NCBI GenBank assembly: GCA_036170915.1
Contig: JAVHQC010000004.1
Span: 1 to 64,000, forward strand
Length of the DNA: 64,000 nucleotides
Reading direction: 5' to 3'
Origin: Cyanobacteria bacterium auto_48_18
Lineage (GTDB): Bacteria > Cyanobacteriota > Vampirovibrionia > Obscuribacterales > Obscuribacteraceae
The position numbers and the translations under genes were made by a program. Positions 38,435 to 47,790 of the stretch are shown here, piece after piece (the first letter of the stretch is position 1; every line of letters starts with the position of its first letter). Below the pieces are notes generated by a model. That model was given only the letters and a program-made list of their open reading frames with translations, searched no databases and was not told where the DNA came from.

Positions 38435-40252
38435 TTAATCAAGCAGTCGGTCAGCGCTATCCGTGCCTGTTGGTAAGAGAAAATTGAAGGAGGCACCGCC
38501 CTCGGCGCCGTTATCAACCCAGATTTTGCCCCCGGCGCGCTCGACTATGGTTTTACACACGCTGAGCCCCAGGCCTGTAGATGGTGTGGATGTTTTTGAA
38601 TTATCAAGCTGCTTAAACGGTGCGAAAATTTCTTGGCGAGATTGAGCCGGAATGCCACTACCCTGATCCAGAACTGAAAAGATTACTTGATTGCCTTGAG
38701 GCAAAAAACTGTTTACTTTGTAGGGTCGCGAAGCTACTTCAATACGGCTGCCCTCCGGAGTAAATTTAATAGCGTTAGAGATCAAATTGATTAAGACCCG
38801 CTCTAATTCTGACTCTGTGCCGCGCACCATTGACCAATCGACCTTCGAGACTATTTGTACGCCTTTGGCCTGTGCCAGGCTGCGCACGGCCTCGATAGAG
38901 CGACTGATAACTGTTTTATTTGAGCACATCCCTTGCGAGACGGCAATTTCAAGTTTGGTCGGGTCGGTGGATTGATCAAGTTGATTGAGAAGATTGCTCA
39001 ATCGCTCAACATTAGAGGCAATGACGGCCAGTTGTTTATTGCTCCAGGTATCTTGAGCCGGTTTGGTTGCCGCAATTTGTTTTGCCTGGCTGATTAAGGA
39101 GGATATAGTTTTGAGCGGTGAACCCAGCTCTAGAGTAAGGTAGCGACTGATTTGATCCCGTAAGCGCTCAACATTAGTTGAGTCGGTAATGTCGTGTGCC
39201 ACGCAAAAATATGACTGGGATTGTTCATTCCAGTTTACTGTCCACTGAGTGTGGTCAGGCACACTCAGGAGGTTTTGCGTATCGAGTTGAAATACTTTTC
39301 TTGCACCGGTCTCACGAGCCATTTCAACTTGGCTCTCCAGACGCAAACGCACAGTGCCACTGAAAAAACCAAATAAATTTTGATCGATTAAGTCAGGCAT
39401 GCCCTGGGCAAGCCAGTTTGATACTGTGATGTTCCCTTTAACAATTTTTCCGCTGGGTGAAACTTCAAGCAAAAAGGCTGGTGATAGTTCATACAAATTA
39501 TGCTGACGCGAGCTGGCGGTGGCCAGCGTTGAGGCAATATGCAAAAGAGCGCTGTCGATTTCTAGAAGCTCTTGTGGCGCTAACTGTAGCGGAACCAATT
39601 TTCTTTGGGCTGCCATTGCCCTAGCGTTTTGAAGAATGTGATAAATGGGTTTGTAAGCCAGCTGCCCCACAAGCCAGGCCAAACAAATACCACCAATAGA
39701 AGAAATTGCCAGGCCGGTGATCAAAAACTGTTTTACAGCAGCCAGAATGATTACGGTATCACCAGAGGTGCCCCGGGCGCGCTCAATAACTTCATTGGCG
39801 ACCATATTAATGTCGGCAAAGATTTGAACGGTAGCCTTTTGTACTTCTGCATTTGCGTCTTTCTGTGAGTCAGAAAAAGATAGTTGTTTCATATCTTCTT
39901 CCAGTTTTTTTTGATGGGCCAGAATACTCTGCAGTCTTTTTCTGGCCTCTGGTGAAAGAGATTGATATTGAAAAACCTTGCGAGTAGTTCTGTCTATTGT
40001 AGAAGTAGTGGTGGCCTCGGCAAACAGGCTGGTGCTATTTTTCTCGAGCCTCACGGCCAGAAGTTTTTCCAGCATTGCTGTCACTAACTTTTGCAAATCA
40101 ATAGTGTATCCACGAGCGGCAATTTCAGCTTTTACTGCTGATTCGGCGTTCCTTACTTGCCAGTAAAGTACTGTAGAAAAAATTATCTGGCAAACTAATG
40201 GAATGCACAGTACGAAAATACCAAGCCATTTAAGGGAGATTGAATATTTCAT
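38435..40252 (-). CDS. Membrane histidine-kinase-like protein lacking the phospho-acceptor His, with an intact HATPase
   Basis: H-box reads TLELGSPL; N box NLISNAIKF, G1 DQGSG, F box IFAPF and G2 TGLGL all present. Confidence 0.88.
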   Translation of the reverse strand: MKYSISLKWLGIFVLCIPLVCQIIFSTVLYWQVRNAESAVKAEIAARGYTIDLQKLVTAMLEKLLAVRLEKNSTSLFAEATTTSTIDRTTRKVFQYQSLSPEARKRLQSILAHQKKLEEDMKQLSFSDSQKDANAEVQKATVQIFADINMVANEVIERARGTSGDTVIILAAVKQFLITGLAISSIGGICLAWLVGQLAYKPIYHILQNARAMAAQRKLVPLQLAPQELLEIDSALLHIASTLATASSRQHNLYELSPAFLLEVSPSGKIVKGNITVSNWLAQGMPDLIDQNLFGFFSGTVRLRLESQVEMARETGARKVFQLDTQNLLSVPDHTQWTVNWNEQSQSYFCVAHDITDSTNVERLRDQISRYLTLELGSPLKTISSLISQAKQIAATKPAQDTWSNKQLAVIASNVERLSNLLNQLDQSTDPTKLEIAVSQGMCSNKTVISRSIEAVRSLAQAKGVQIVSKVDWSMVRGTESELERVLINLISNAIKFTPEGSRIEVASRPYKVNSFLPQGNQVIFSVLDQGSGIPAQSRQEIFAPFKQLDNSKTSTPSTGLGLSVCKTIVERAGGKIWVDNGAEGGASFNFLLPTGTDSADRLLD

Positions 40253-42120
40253 TCCATTTCCTTCGATTGTGGCAATGAAACTGTGGCTTGCTGCACGAAG
40301 CCCTTGTCAAGAATCAGTGAAATACTGCCGCCGTGACTGCGAATAATGTTGTCAACCAGGTAGAAAGACATGGGTAAATTCAACTCCATGATTGAGTCGC
40401 TGTCTATGGTTATGGCTGCTGGTGAATTGGAAAAGTCACCGTCATTGGTGGCTTCTGGCAGGTAGCCGACAAAAGTGGTTTTGCCAAACGCTTCGCTTAT
40501 GATCAGATTAAACTGCTGGGCGCGCACCACTCTTTCGATCAAAATCTCAAAAATCGAAATTAGTGAACGTGTCAGTAATTCTTTGTCACCGCTGATAGTG
40601 CTCTTGCGTTCACTAATGATGTCGGTGCTCACAACCGGATAAAGCGTCTCCAGCCGTTCTGCCACTGCTGCCGCCAGCTCTAGAGCTGGTATTTTACTTT
40701 CAGTAATGCCGATATTGCCCGATTCGATTTTTTTCCAGTCGAGCACATCGGTCACCAGTTTAGTCAGCTTTTGCGATAATTGGCTCGCGTCTTTTAATAG
40801 AGATGCTTCGCGCGGAGTATTTTTTTCGGCGTTCTTCATCGCCAGTAACTCTATACTTGTAGACATCGACATTAATGGTGTGCGCATGTCGTGACTTAGA
40901 GTTGAACAAATATTTTCGCGCAAACTTTGCATCTGGTGCTTCTGGGTAATGTCATGACAGACGCAGAGAAATTCTTTTTCGGCTGCTACCCAGTGAATAG
41001 TCCAGAGGAAAAAAGTCTCGATGCCGCTTACATCTAAATGCTGGCATTCTACTGATCGCGAGCCACCTTCAAGTTTGGCCCGATTAAGTGTCTTGAGCAT
41101 AGGTGCTACAAAGGGCTCAGCGATTAAATTTTCAACGCTGGTTCCAATTAGACTGTCTGCCGGATAACCCCAGAATACTTCACATGATTTATTCACTCTG
41201 GTAATCAAACCGTTTGCATTTAATGAGCAGAGCACATCACCAGAATATTGAACGATAGCTAATTCTGATTGGTGCAAATTACTAATTTCAATAAAAGCCG
41301 TCTGAATTTCTTTAGCGAGCTGAACTATTTCATTGTTCGTGTGCCTGCTGCGCTCCAGATAAGCAGCGGTTCTTCGAGCATGAGCGTCTAGCTCATCATC
41401 ATCATCATCACCAGCATAATCATAATCGTCTTCATTAGAGGACGATGGAATTTCTTCCGGGCGCCCAGTTTCGATTTGTTTCTTCAGTCGGTTTAGTGGG
41501 GCAATGATTTGTCCATTGAAAATACTGATGGATAGCCAGGTCACCGCAAGGCTGAGAGCATTGCTGAGCAGAAGAAAAGGCAAGAACAACAATTCCTGGC
41601 GGTGCAAGTTGGCCAGAGAATTATGTTGCAACCAGTCTTCAGCCTCTTCGCGAGCACCAAATAATGTTCTTGAAGCCAGTCCGATTGAGAAGAAGCCCAT
41701 TCTCATCTGTTTTAGTTCTTTTGGACCAATGGGTTTCTTTAGTAGTAACCTTGTCTTTTCCGCTACGGCTACGAAGTTGTCGCAGAGTTCAATGGTCTCA
41801 TCGTTGTACAGCGCCAAGCGCGGATTCTCGCGCACCGCGGCAGGAAAGTCCGCTCGCATGGTTTTAAGAGCGGCAATTACCATGGTGGCAAAGCGTTGTC
41901 CTTCTTCCGAATTTGCATTGGAATCGGTGCTTAGAAGCGTAAAAAGCATGCACAATTTTTCTTCAAAAGCGAGTACCATGCGCACTCTTTCAATAGAGTG
42001 TTTGTGAACGATATACTCGAACTGCAATTGGTTGAGGGCGTATGTGGCAATGACAATGCTAATCAGGCCGCTGCAAACGGGCAGCAGCATGAGCAGTATA
42101 CATTTCAAGCGGATGGACAT
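40249..42120 (-). CDS. Membrane histidine-kinase-like protein with an intact H-box and a degenerate HATPase
   Basis: SHDMRTPL present; N box replaced by RSLISIFE, no DxGxG or GxGL; TM-HAMP-PAS upstream. Confidence 0.85.
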   Translation of the reverse strand: MSIRLKCILLMLLPVCSGLISIVIATYALNQLQFEYIVHKHSIERVRMVLAFEEKLCMLFTLLSTDSNANSEEGQRFATMVIAALKTMRADFPAAVRENPRLALYNDETIELCDNFVAVAEKTRLLLKKPIGPKELKQMRMGFFSIGLASRTLFGAREEAEDWLQHNSLANLHRQELLFLPFLLLSNALSLAVTWLSISIFNGQIIAPLNRLKKQIETGRPEEIPSSSNEDDYDYAGDDDDDELDAHARRTAAYLERSRHTNNEIVQLAKEIQTAFIEISNLHQSELAIVQYSGDVLCSLNANGLITRVNKSCEVFWGYPADSLIGTSVENLIAEPFVAPMLKTLNRAKLEGGSRSVECQHLDVSGIETFFLWTIHWVAAEKEFLCVCHDITQKHQMQSLRENICSTLSHDMRTPLMSMSTSIELLAMKNAEKNTPREASLLKDASQLSQKLTKLVTDVLDWKKIESGNIGITESKIPALELAAAVAERLETLYPVVSTDIISERKSTISGDKELLTRSLISIFEILIERVVRAQQFNLIISEAFGKTTFVGYLPEATNDGDFSNSPAAITIDSDSIMELNLPMSFYLVDNIIRSHGGSISLILDKGFVQQATVSLPQSKEME

Positions 42121-42135
42121 ATTGTACTTAGGTAC

Positions 42136-44391
42136 TTAGTGTTGTTGACCGGGCAAGGGCAGGAGCTGTGAGCCACTTCCGGTTACCCAGCTGGTGTACA
42201 GGGTATGTTTGCTACCGGCCAACTGCTCGAGCCAGATTGGGGCCGTCCACATTCTATCTAAATTGGCAGTGATCGGATCTTTTCTGTGCACTTCAACAAA
42301 ATATGCCGAGTTGTGACCAACTTTGCCGGTAATCGGATCAAAGGCCACTGTTTTAGACGTTTGCAATAAATCGGCACCAGTCAAGACTCTTTCTTGTAGT
42401 ACCGTGGCCAATTTGCCGTCACCGATTTTGGTATCACCCCAGAGTTTGACTGTGTAGGCTGCAGCTGGGTCTACCACGCCGTCTATTTTCATTTTTAGAG
42501 CCAGGCTTGGCACCACACTTTGGTCAACAATGCTGCCCATGACAAACTTGTCGTTGGCGATCATCACTCCACTGAGATTTTTAGAGCTGGTTGTGGCAAT
42601 TGTGCGACGTTCACGCATGGCTTCAAGAATGCTCGGTTTGTCTAAAGCTTTGGCATAAAATCCTGTTGCGCCTGGGTTTCCAACGGGCTCGCCAAAATGG
42701 AAATCGCGTCCAAAAGTAGGGCTGGCGTGGACTTTTTTGTCAATGTAGCCGGCAAAGCTGGTGGGATCCAGGTCGCCGGGAGCGACTTTGTCCACCGGAT
42801 TTTCTTTCATGGCGCCGCCCTTAATCAACTCAATTTGTCTGACGTACTTATCGGCAAATCGCTCCAGCCATTCCTTTTGACTTTTGAATGATTTCTGACC
42901 GTAGTCGCGACCTCTCGCCCAGGCCGCAGTGGTGGGATTTTCATCAGCCAGGTAGCGGGGGTGATTGAGTTGAATGATTGGTGTGTTACCGGTCTTGTCC
43001 ACAATTTTGTCTAGATGAGTGACCATGGCCTTATAATCACCGTCGTTATATTTAATAACGTCTGGCACCGTCACCACCGGTTCTGGTTCTTTACCCATAG
43101 TTCTCATGATGAAGCTGCGCAAGCCGGTTCTAGGTTCTCGAATGGCCTCAAAAAAAGTAGGCACTTCAAAAAGATTGATGTGGTTGACTCCACCCAGGTG
43201 ATCGGCTTCGTTAGATTCGTGGCGTGCTTTCTTTAGATCAAATAATCCGGCTACTGTTTTTGCTTCGCCCACACTCTCTGCGTTTACCATGCCGTGAGTG
43301 TGCCCGTGTTCCGCACCGGTTTTACCGATGGTACCCATTTCGGTGCCAACAAGAGAAACATGCTTGCCATTAACAGTGGTGGCAGCAGCATCGGCAAAAG
43401 TCTGAGAATATGAGATGGGGTTTTCAGTATTGATGGGGGTACCGGCTTGATCTTTGACTCTGGCGTCACCAGCGTGTATACCACCTCTGGCCGCGGCATG
43501 ATTGTGGTCGGTAATGGTGGTGACGTGTTGGCCTTGAGCGGCAGCTTTGGCATATAAGTCTTTGGGCAGCCCCATACCGTCTGAATAACGTGAGTGGCCG
43601 TGCAGCGATCCGAAATACATTTGCATGCCATTGCTTTCGCCGGCCGTGCCACCATCTAAGGTGCGCTCGATATTTTTGTTGACGAAACTATATTGCTCTA
43701 AGCGTCTGGTTAAGGCGCCGGGTTTGAAGATACCTTTTTCTAGAGGTGTGAGGATTGCCCCCGCTTCAGCCTCTTTGGCATTGGCAAGCACGTTAATTTT
43801 GCCAACATTTGCTGTGGGCGTTTCGCCAAAGCTATTTTTTAACCTTGCCAAAGCTACCAGAGCTTCATTTTCGCCTTTTTGAATAAGTTTCTGGCTGATT
43901 TGGCCAAAGCTACCGATGGCAGATTCATGCCTGGCCAGTTTGGAGCCGAGTTCTGTACCGCCGACGCCGCCCACCAGGCTGATGCCTAAATCAAAGCCAC
44001 CGACAACGGCTTCGCCAGCCAGTTTCTTTGAAACATCGTCCATGCTGACGCCTGATTTAATCTGGTTGCGGGCTTCTTCAACACGTCCGTAACCGCTTAC
44101 AATTACTGGTATCGTGAAGGCGGCACCAATCACCATGGCTGCTGGCCCTCTGGCCGGTAGCACGTAGCCTAGAGCTGCACCCATCGCGGCTGAAGACACT
44201 AAAGTCGTACCCACATGCAGTAGCGCTTCTGCTGGTTTTTCATAAAGCTCTTTGGCAAAGGCGACACTGGCATCAGGAATATGCTGAGCCGTCTCCTGTA
44301 GCAGTTCCACAGTCGACACATCGGTGCCGTTGCTGTTATTTGAATTTATTGCGCTGGACGCACTTTTGGAGACAAGGGGCATCTTCACCAC
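42136..44391 (-). CDS. PHP-superfamily (CehA/McbA-like) metallohydrolase with an N-terminal Gly/Ala-rich hydrophobic region
   Basis: GSLHGHSRYSDG, ITDHNH, GTEMG, HINL, LNHP, GRDFH, WTAPIW. Confidence 0.75.
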   Translation of the reverse strand: MVKMPLVSKSASSAINSNNSNGTDVSTVELLQETAQHIPDASVAFAKELYEKPAEALLHVGTTLVSSAAMGAALGYVLPARGPAAMVIGAAFTIPVIVSGYGRVEEARNQIKSGVSMDDVSKKLAGEAVVGGFDLGISLVGGVGGTELGSKLARHESAIGSFGQISQKLIQKGENEALVALARLKNSFGETPTANVGKINVLANAKEAEAGAILTPLEKGIFKPGALTRRLEQYSFVNKNIERTLDGGTAGESNGMQMYFGSLHGHSRYSDGMGLPKDLYAKAAAQGQHVTTITDHNHAAARGGIHAGDARVKDQAGTPINTENPISYSQTFADAAATTVNGKHVSLVGTEMGTIGKTGAEHGHTHGMVNAESVGEAKTVAGLFDLKKARHESNEADHLGGVNHINLFEVPTFFEAIREPRTGLRSFIMRTMGKEPEPVVTVPDVIKYNDGDYKAMVTHLDKIVDKTGNTPIIQLNHPRYLADENPTTAAWARGRDYGQKSFKSQKEWLERFADKYVRQIELIKGGAMKENPVDKVAPGDLDPTSFAGYIDKKVHASPTFGRDFHFGEPVGNPGATGFYAKALDKPSILEAMRERRTIATTSSKNLSGVMIANDKFVMGSIVDQSVVPSLALKMKIDGVVDPAAAYTVKLWGDTKIGDGKLATVLQERVLTGADLLQTSKTVAFDPITGKVGHNSAYFVEVHRKDPITANLDRMWTAPIWLEQLAGSKHTLYTSWVTGSGSQLLPLPGQQH

Positions 44392-44497
44392 CCGTTAGTG
44401 GCACTACTCTAAGGCCGAGGGTAGCGCGGGCCATTGGGGAAAATACTGCTTCATGGGCAAATTACGAAAGAATTTAATGCTTGTCCGGAGAAACTCT

Positions 44498-44899
44498 TTA
44501 CGAGCGCTGACTGCGATTGCGAATGGAAGAAAGAATAGCAATGGCAATTCTGCTGCCGTCAGCCTTATCTTTAATCAGATAGTTGTCTGCTCCGCTCTGT
44601 AACGCTTCGGCAAGGAGATCGCGATCCTCCATTCCCGTAACGATGATAATAGGCGTGTTATTGGCCTGAGCTCTCATGTCCAGATAGGTTGAGAGGCCAT
44701 TCGAATCAGGTAAATTCAAATCAAGAATAATGCACTCGTGTGTTTCTTTGCCATACTTTGTAATTGCTTCATCTAAGGTTTGCACATGGTCTAAGGTGTG
44801 AGGAAATTCCACCACTTCCAAAAGCATTTGAGTCATGAGCATAGCGTCTGAAGGACTATCTTCCACCAGCAAAACAGAAGTTGGCTTGATCTCAGTCAT
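44498..44899 (-). CDS. Single-domain response regulator
   Basis: LLVEDS, LDLNLPD, GADNYLIK; ATG at 44899 overlaps the end of the upstream gene. Confidence 0.9.
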   Translation of the reverse strand: MTEIKPTSVLLVEDSPSDAMLMTQMLLEVVEFPHTLDHVQTLDEAITKYGKETHECIILDLNLPDSNGLSTYLDMRAQANNTPIIIVTGMEDRDLLAEALQSGADNYLIKDKADGSRIAIAILSSIRNRSQRS

Positions 44900-45341
44900 T
44901 CCGACCGCCGTTAGGTGGAACAGTGGCGACAACAAAATAAAAGTTTTGAATATCTTTGACTATACTGATGAACTTTTCAAAGTCTACCGGTTTCGTAATG
45001 TAGGCGCTGGCTTGCAGGTTGTACGATTCGAGCACGTCTCTTTCACTTTCTGATGTGGTCAAAATAATTACAGGAATTCGCTTGAGCAGAGGGTCTTGTT
45101 TGATTTCTGCCAATATCGAGTGACCATTTTTTACAGGCAAATTTAAATCGAGCAAGATCAAGTCAGGCACCTGAGCATCGCTGTATTTGCCTTTCCTTTG
45201 TAAATACTCCATGGCATCGCCGCCATTGTCGATAATCGTCAGGGTGTTCATCACGCGGCTTTGTTTGAAGGCTTCCACTGCCAGTTCGGCGTCTGATGGA
45301 CTATCCTCCACCATCAAAATCTGAATATCTTTGACATTCAT
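44892..45341 (-). CDS. Rcp1-type single-domain response regulator
   Basis: PDLILLDLNLP, IPVIILTTS, YITKPVDF. Confidence 0.92.
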   Translation of the reverse strand: MNVKDIQILMVEDSPSDAELAVEAFKQSRVMNTLTIIDNGGDAMEYLQRKGKYSDAQVPDLILLDLNLPVKNGHSILAEIKQDPLLKRIPVIILTTSESERDVLESYNLQASAYITKPVDFEKFISIVKDIQNFYFVVATVPPNGGRND

Positions 45342-46795
45342 TACGCTACTATCTCCTCTACTTTTTGTACTTTGATGGCGCCGGTGTTAATGGGCAATTT
45401 AATCATAAATTTCGAACCACTACCAACGGTTGAAATAGCAGTAATGGTGCCGCGATGCCTCTCAACAATGCGGCGACAGAGAGCCAAACCAATGCCTGTG
45501 CCTTCATATTGACTGCGTGAATGCAGGCGCTGGAAGAGCACAAATATTTTGTCTTGATGTTGCATGTCAAAACCGATGCCGTTGTCTTCAACGCATATTT
45601 GCCAGTTGGGAGTTATTTGCAAGGCGCTAATTTCTATTTTAGGAGTTCTATCGCCACGGTATTTGATTGCGTTATTAATCAAATTGACAAAAAGCAGGCG
45701 CAACTGGCTGGCATCACCTTGCAAGGTAGGCAAAGACTGATCGACTTTAATTTCTGCTGCAGTTTCAGCAATAAGAAGGCTCAAATCTTTGAGAGCGTCT
45801 TTAACTACCACGTTCAAGTCAATTGCTTCCATCTGACCACCGCGCGATTCTACTCGAGCATACTGCAGCAAACCGTTAATCAGCGCACGCATGCGTTCAG
45901 CACCCGACACAGTCTGTTCAATCCATCCGTCTGCTTGTTCGCTCAGTTGACCCTTGTAGGTTTTGGCCAGTAAGGTTGTAAAACCTTGCACTGCCCGTAG
46001 TGGCTCTTGTAAATCGTGAGAGGCGACATATGCAAACTGTTGCAGATCTTGATTTGAGCGGGCTAAATATTCGCTAGCTTCACGCAAAGACTGTTCAGTG
46101 GCCAGGCGCAATTTTATTTCGGCTTCAAGTGCTTCGGTGCGTTTTCTTTGATCTTCAGCAAAAGCATTGTTCAGTTTGTAGGTATAAATTAGTGATGCTG
46201 CTTCCAATAAGGTGAAGACGGCGATCAATGCGCCTACTGAAACTTGTAAGGAGGCCACCGCAGCTTCGCGTTTCTTCAGCAGCTGATTTTGCCACATGTC
46301 TGATTCAGCAATTAAATTGCGAATTCTATCCATGATCAGTTTGCCTTTATAGGTTTTGATTATTGCGATGGCCTCATCAGGTGACCTTGAATAAGACTTT
46401 ATTATGGAATCGATAAAATCAAGTTTGTTTTTGACTTCTCCTCTGATTTTCTGCATGCGCGCAGTCTCAACCTCGTCATCGGCAGTCAAATTTTGCAGCC
46501 TATCGGCAATTTCGCCTGCTCGATGGCGTGATTTGTTGAGAGGCTCGAGAAAAGTAGCATCACCAGTGGCCATGTATCCTCGTTGACCAGTTTCGCAGTC
46601 GAGGCAGACCAATAGTAGTTCTTTGCAACCGCTGATTACTTGATGACTGTGAGAAACCCATTGTTGAGCTACGCGCAATTGAGCGATTGCCCATCCGGTG
46701 GCGGCCAGGGCGAGCAAAAACAGACACCCGGCAATAGCCAGGGCGTAAGCCGTTTTCTTGTTGACACTCTGCGACAAATCCGCCTCACGTAGCAC
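45341..46795 (-). CDS. CHASE3 sensor histidine kinase (bacteriophytochrome-like kinase class)
   Basis: WVSHSHQV, ETGQRGY (CHASE3); ASHDLQEPLR, NLINNAIKY, DNGIG, GTGIGL. Confidence 0.93.
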   Translation of the reverse strand: MLREADLSQSVNKKTAYALAIAGCLFLLALAATGWAIAQLRVAQQWVSHSHQVISGCKELLLVCLDCETGQRGYMATGDATFLEPLNKSRHRAGEIADRLQNLTADDEVETARMQKIRGEVKNKLDFIDSIIKSYSRSPDEAIAIIKTYKGKLIMDRIRNLIAESDMWQNQLLKKREAAVASLQVSVGALIAVFTLLEAASLIYTYKLNNAFAEDQRKRTEALEAEIKLRLATEQSLREASEYLARSNQDLQQFAYVASHDLQEPLRAVQGFTTLLAKTYKGQLSEQADGWIEQTVSGAERMRALINGLLQYARVESRGGQMEAIDLNVVVKDALKDLSLLIAETAAEIKVDQSLPTLQGDASQLRLLFVNLINNAIKYRGDRTPKIEISALQITPNWQICVEDNGIGFDMQHQDKIFVLFQRLHSRSQYEGTGIGLALCRRIVERHRGTITAISTVGSGSKFMIKLPINTGAIKVQKVEEIVA

Positions 46796-46835
46796 ACGGC
46801 TTATTATTGCAGCTTAGCTGGACAGTCACCTTAGT

Positions 46836-46872
46836 GAAAAGGAATTCGCGGTCTAAACACGAATTCCCTTTC
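46836..46872 (-). terminator. Intrinsic terminator after the fasciclin gene
   Basis: AAAGGAATTCG / CGAATTCCCTTT arms followed by a T-run on the minus strand. Confidence 0.55.
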
Positions 46873-46917
46873 TTCTGCAGCTCAAAAATCATGGAGCTGC
46901 AAAGTTTTGTTTGTAAT

Positions 46918-47475
46918 TTACTCAGCCAGTCTCGGCATAATGGGCTGGTCTATGATGTGAATCACACCGTTAGAACACTGAATATCAGCCTCTTTAATAC
47001 GAGCCTTGTCTACATAAAGTTCTTTTTTATTGTCTTCAGTCTTGCTTGAAACATTGATTTTGTGTTTGAGGTCCATTGGTTGCAATGTTCTTTGCATAGC
47101 GATGGCGTCAGAATTGATTCTTTGGTCTTTGAGAACGTGATAGCTCAGTACTTCCGACACACGTTTTGGATTGTTGAAAAGTGACGTCTGGTCTTCACCT
47201 GGCATTTTGCCCCAGGCTTTGTCGTCTGGTGCAAAGAATGTGAATGGTCCTCGTCCTTTCAATTGATTGTCCATGTTGTAGGCAATGGAAAGGCCGTCGA
47301 GAGTTTTATGGAAAGAACCACGTCGTTTCAGCTCATTGACGATATCGAGCTTATCAGAGGTGGATCCTTTACCAATGACAGCTGGGTCTTTGGCAATACT
47401 TGGGGATTGAGCCAGGGCTGTTAAGGCTATTGCTGACAGAGCTGTGCATAGCCATTTGTTACTAGATGATTGCAT
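46918..47475 (-). CDS. Fasciclin (FAS1) domain exported protein
   Basis: GPFTFFAPDDKAW, VLSYHV, ADIQCSNGVIHIID; ATG at 47475 follows GGAGA. Confidence 0.92.
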   Translation of the reverse strand: MQSSSNKWLCTALSAIALTALAQSPSIAKDPAVIGKGSTSDKLDIVNELKRRGSFHKTLDGLSIAYNMDNQLKGRGPFTFFAPDDKAWGKMPGEDQTSLFNNPKRVSEVLSYHVLKDQRINSDAIAMQRTLQPMDLKHKINVSSKTEDNKKELYVDKARIKEADIQCSNGVIHIIDQPIMPRLAE

Positions 47476-47611
47476 GAATTTTCTCCGTTGGGCTGTTTGG
47501 CACCGAATATGGTGCGGTTGCATTGATGTTTAGTTATTAGATGTTTATTTCTGGATAGTCATATCCGGGATTGAATTGTTTTAGTTTTTGAATTGCCGAT
47601 CGCTCCTCCTT

Positions 47612-47637
47612 CGACTGACCTGCCGTCGAAAAGTTTC
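47612..47637 (-). promoter_or_regulatory. ECF-sigma-type promoter variant GAAAC-N17-GTCG
   Basis: Upstream of the fasciclin gene; one mismatch to the consensus. Confidence 0.45.
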
Positions 47638-47687
47638 TTTCTGAACAAATTATTCTTTGCTGAGCAAGCTAAGTAGGCATGAGAGGA

Positions 47688-47713
47688 GGAACTTCCGCGG
47701 CGTGCTATGGTCT
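47688..47713 (+). promoter_or_regulatory. ECF-sigma-type promoter GGAAC-N17-GTCT
   Basis: Upstream of ndvB; followed by a GACTCCA/TGGAGTC hairpin. Confidence 0.65.
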
Positions 47714-47790
47714 ATGACTCCACCGCAGGAAGCTGGAGTCTGGAGCGTGTTGCCTGGGCAATATGGGCAAAACGCGTCAAGAGGTAGTCT

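Noticed and set aside
47707..47790. 26-codon ORF in frame with ndvB and separated from it by a single TAG (possible readthrough or leader peptide)
   Set aside because: Its ATG lies inside the candidate ECF promoter, and the TTG at 47791 has its own AAGAGG RBS; probably incidental
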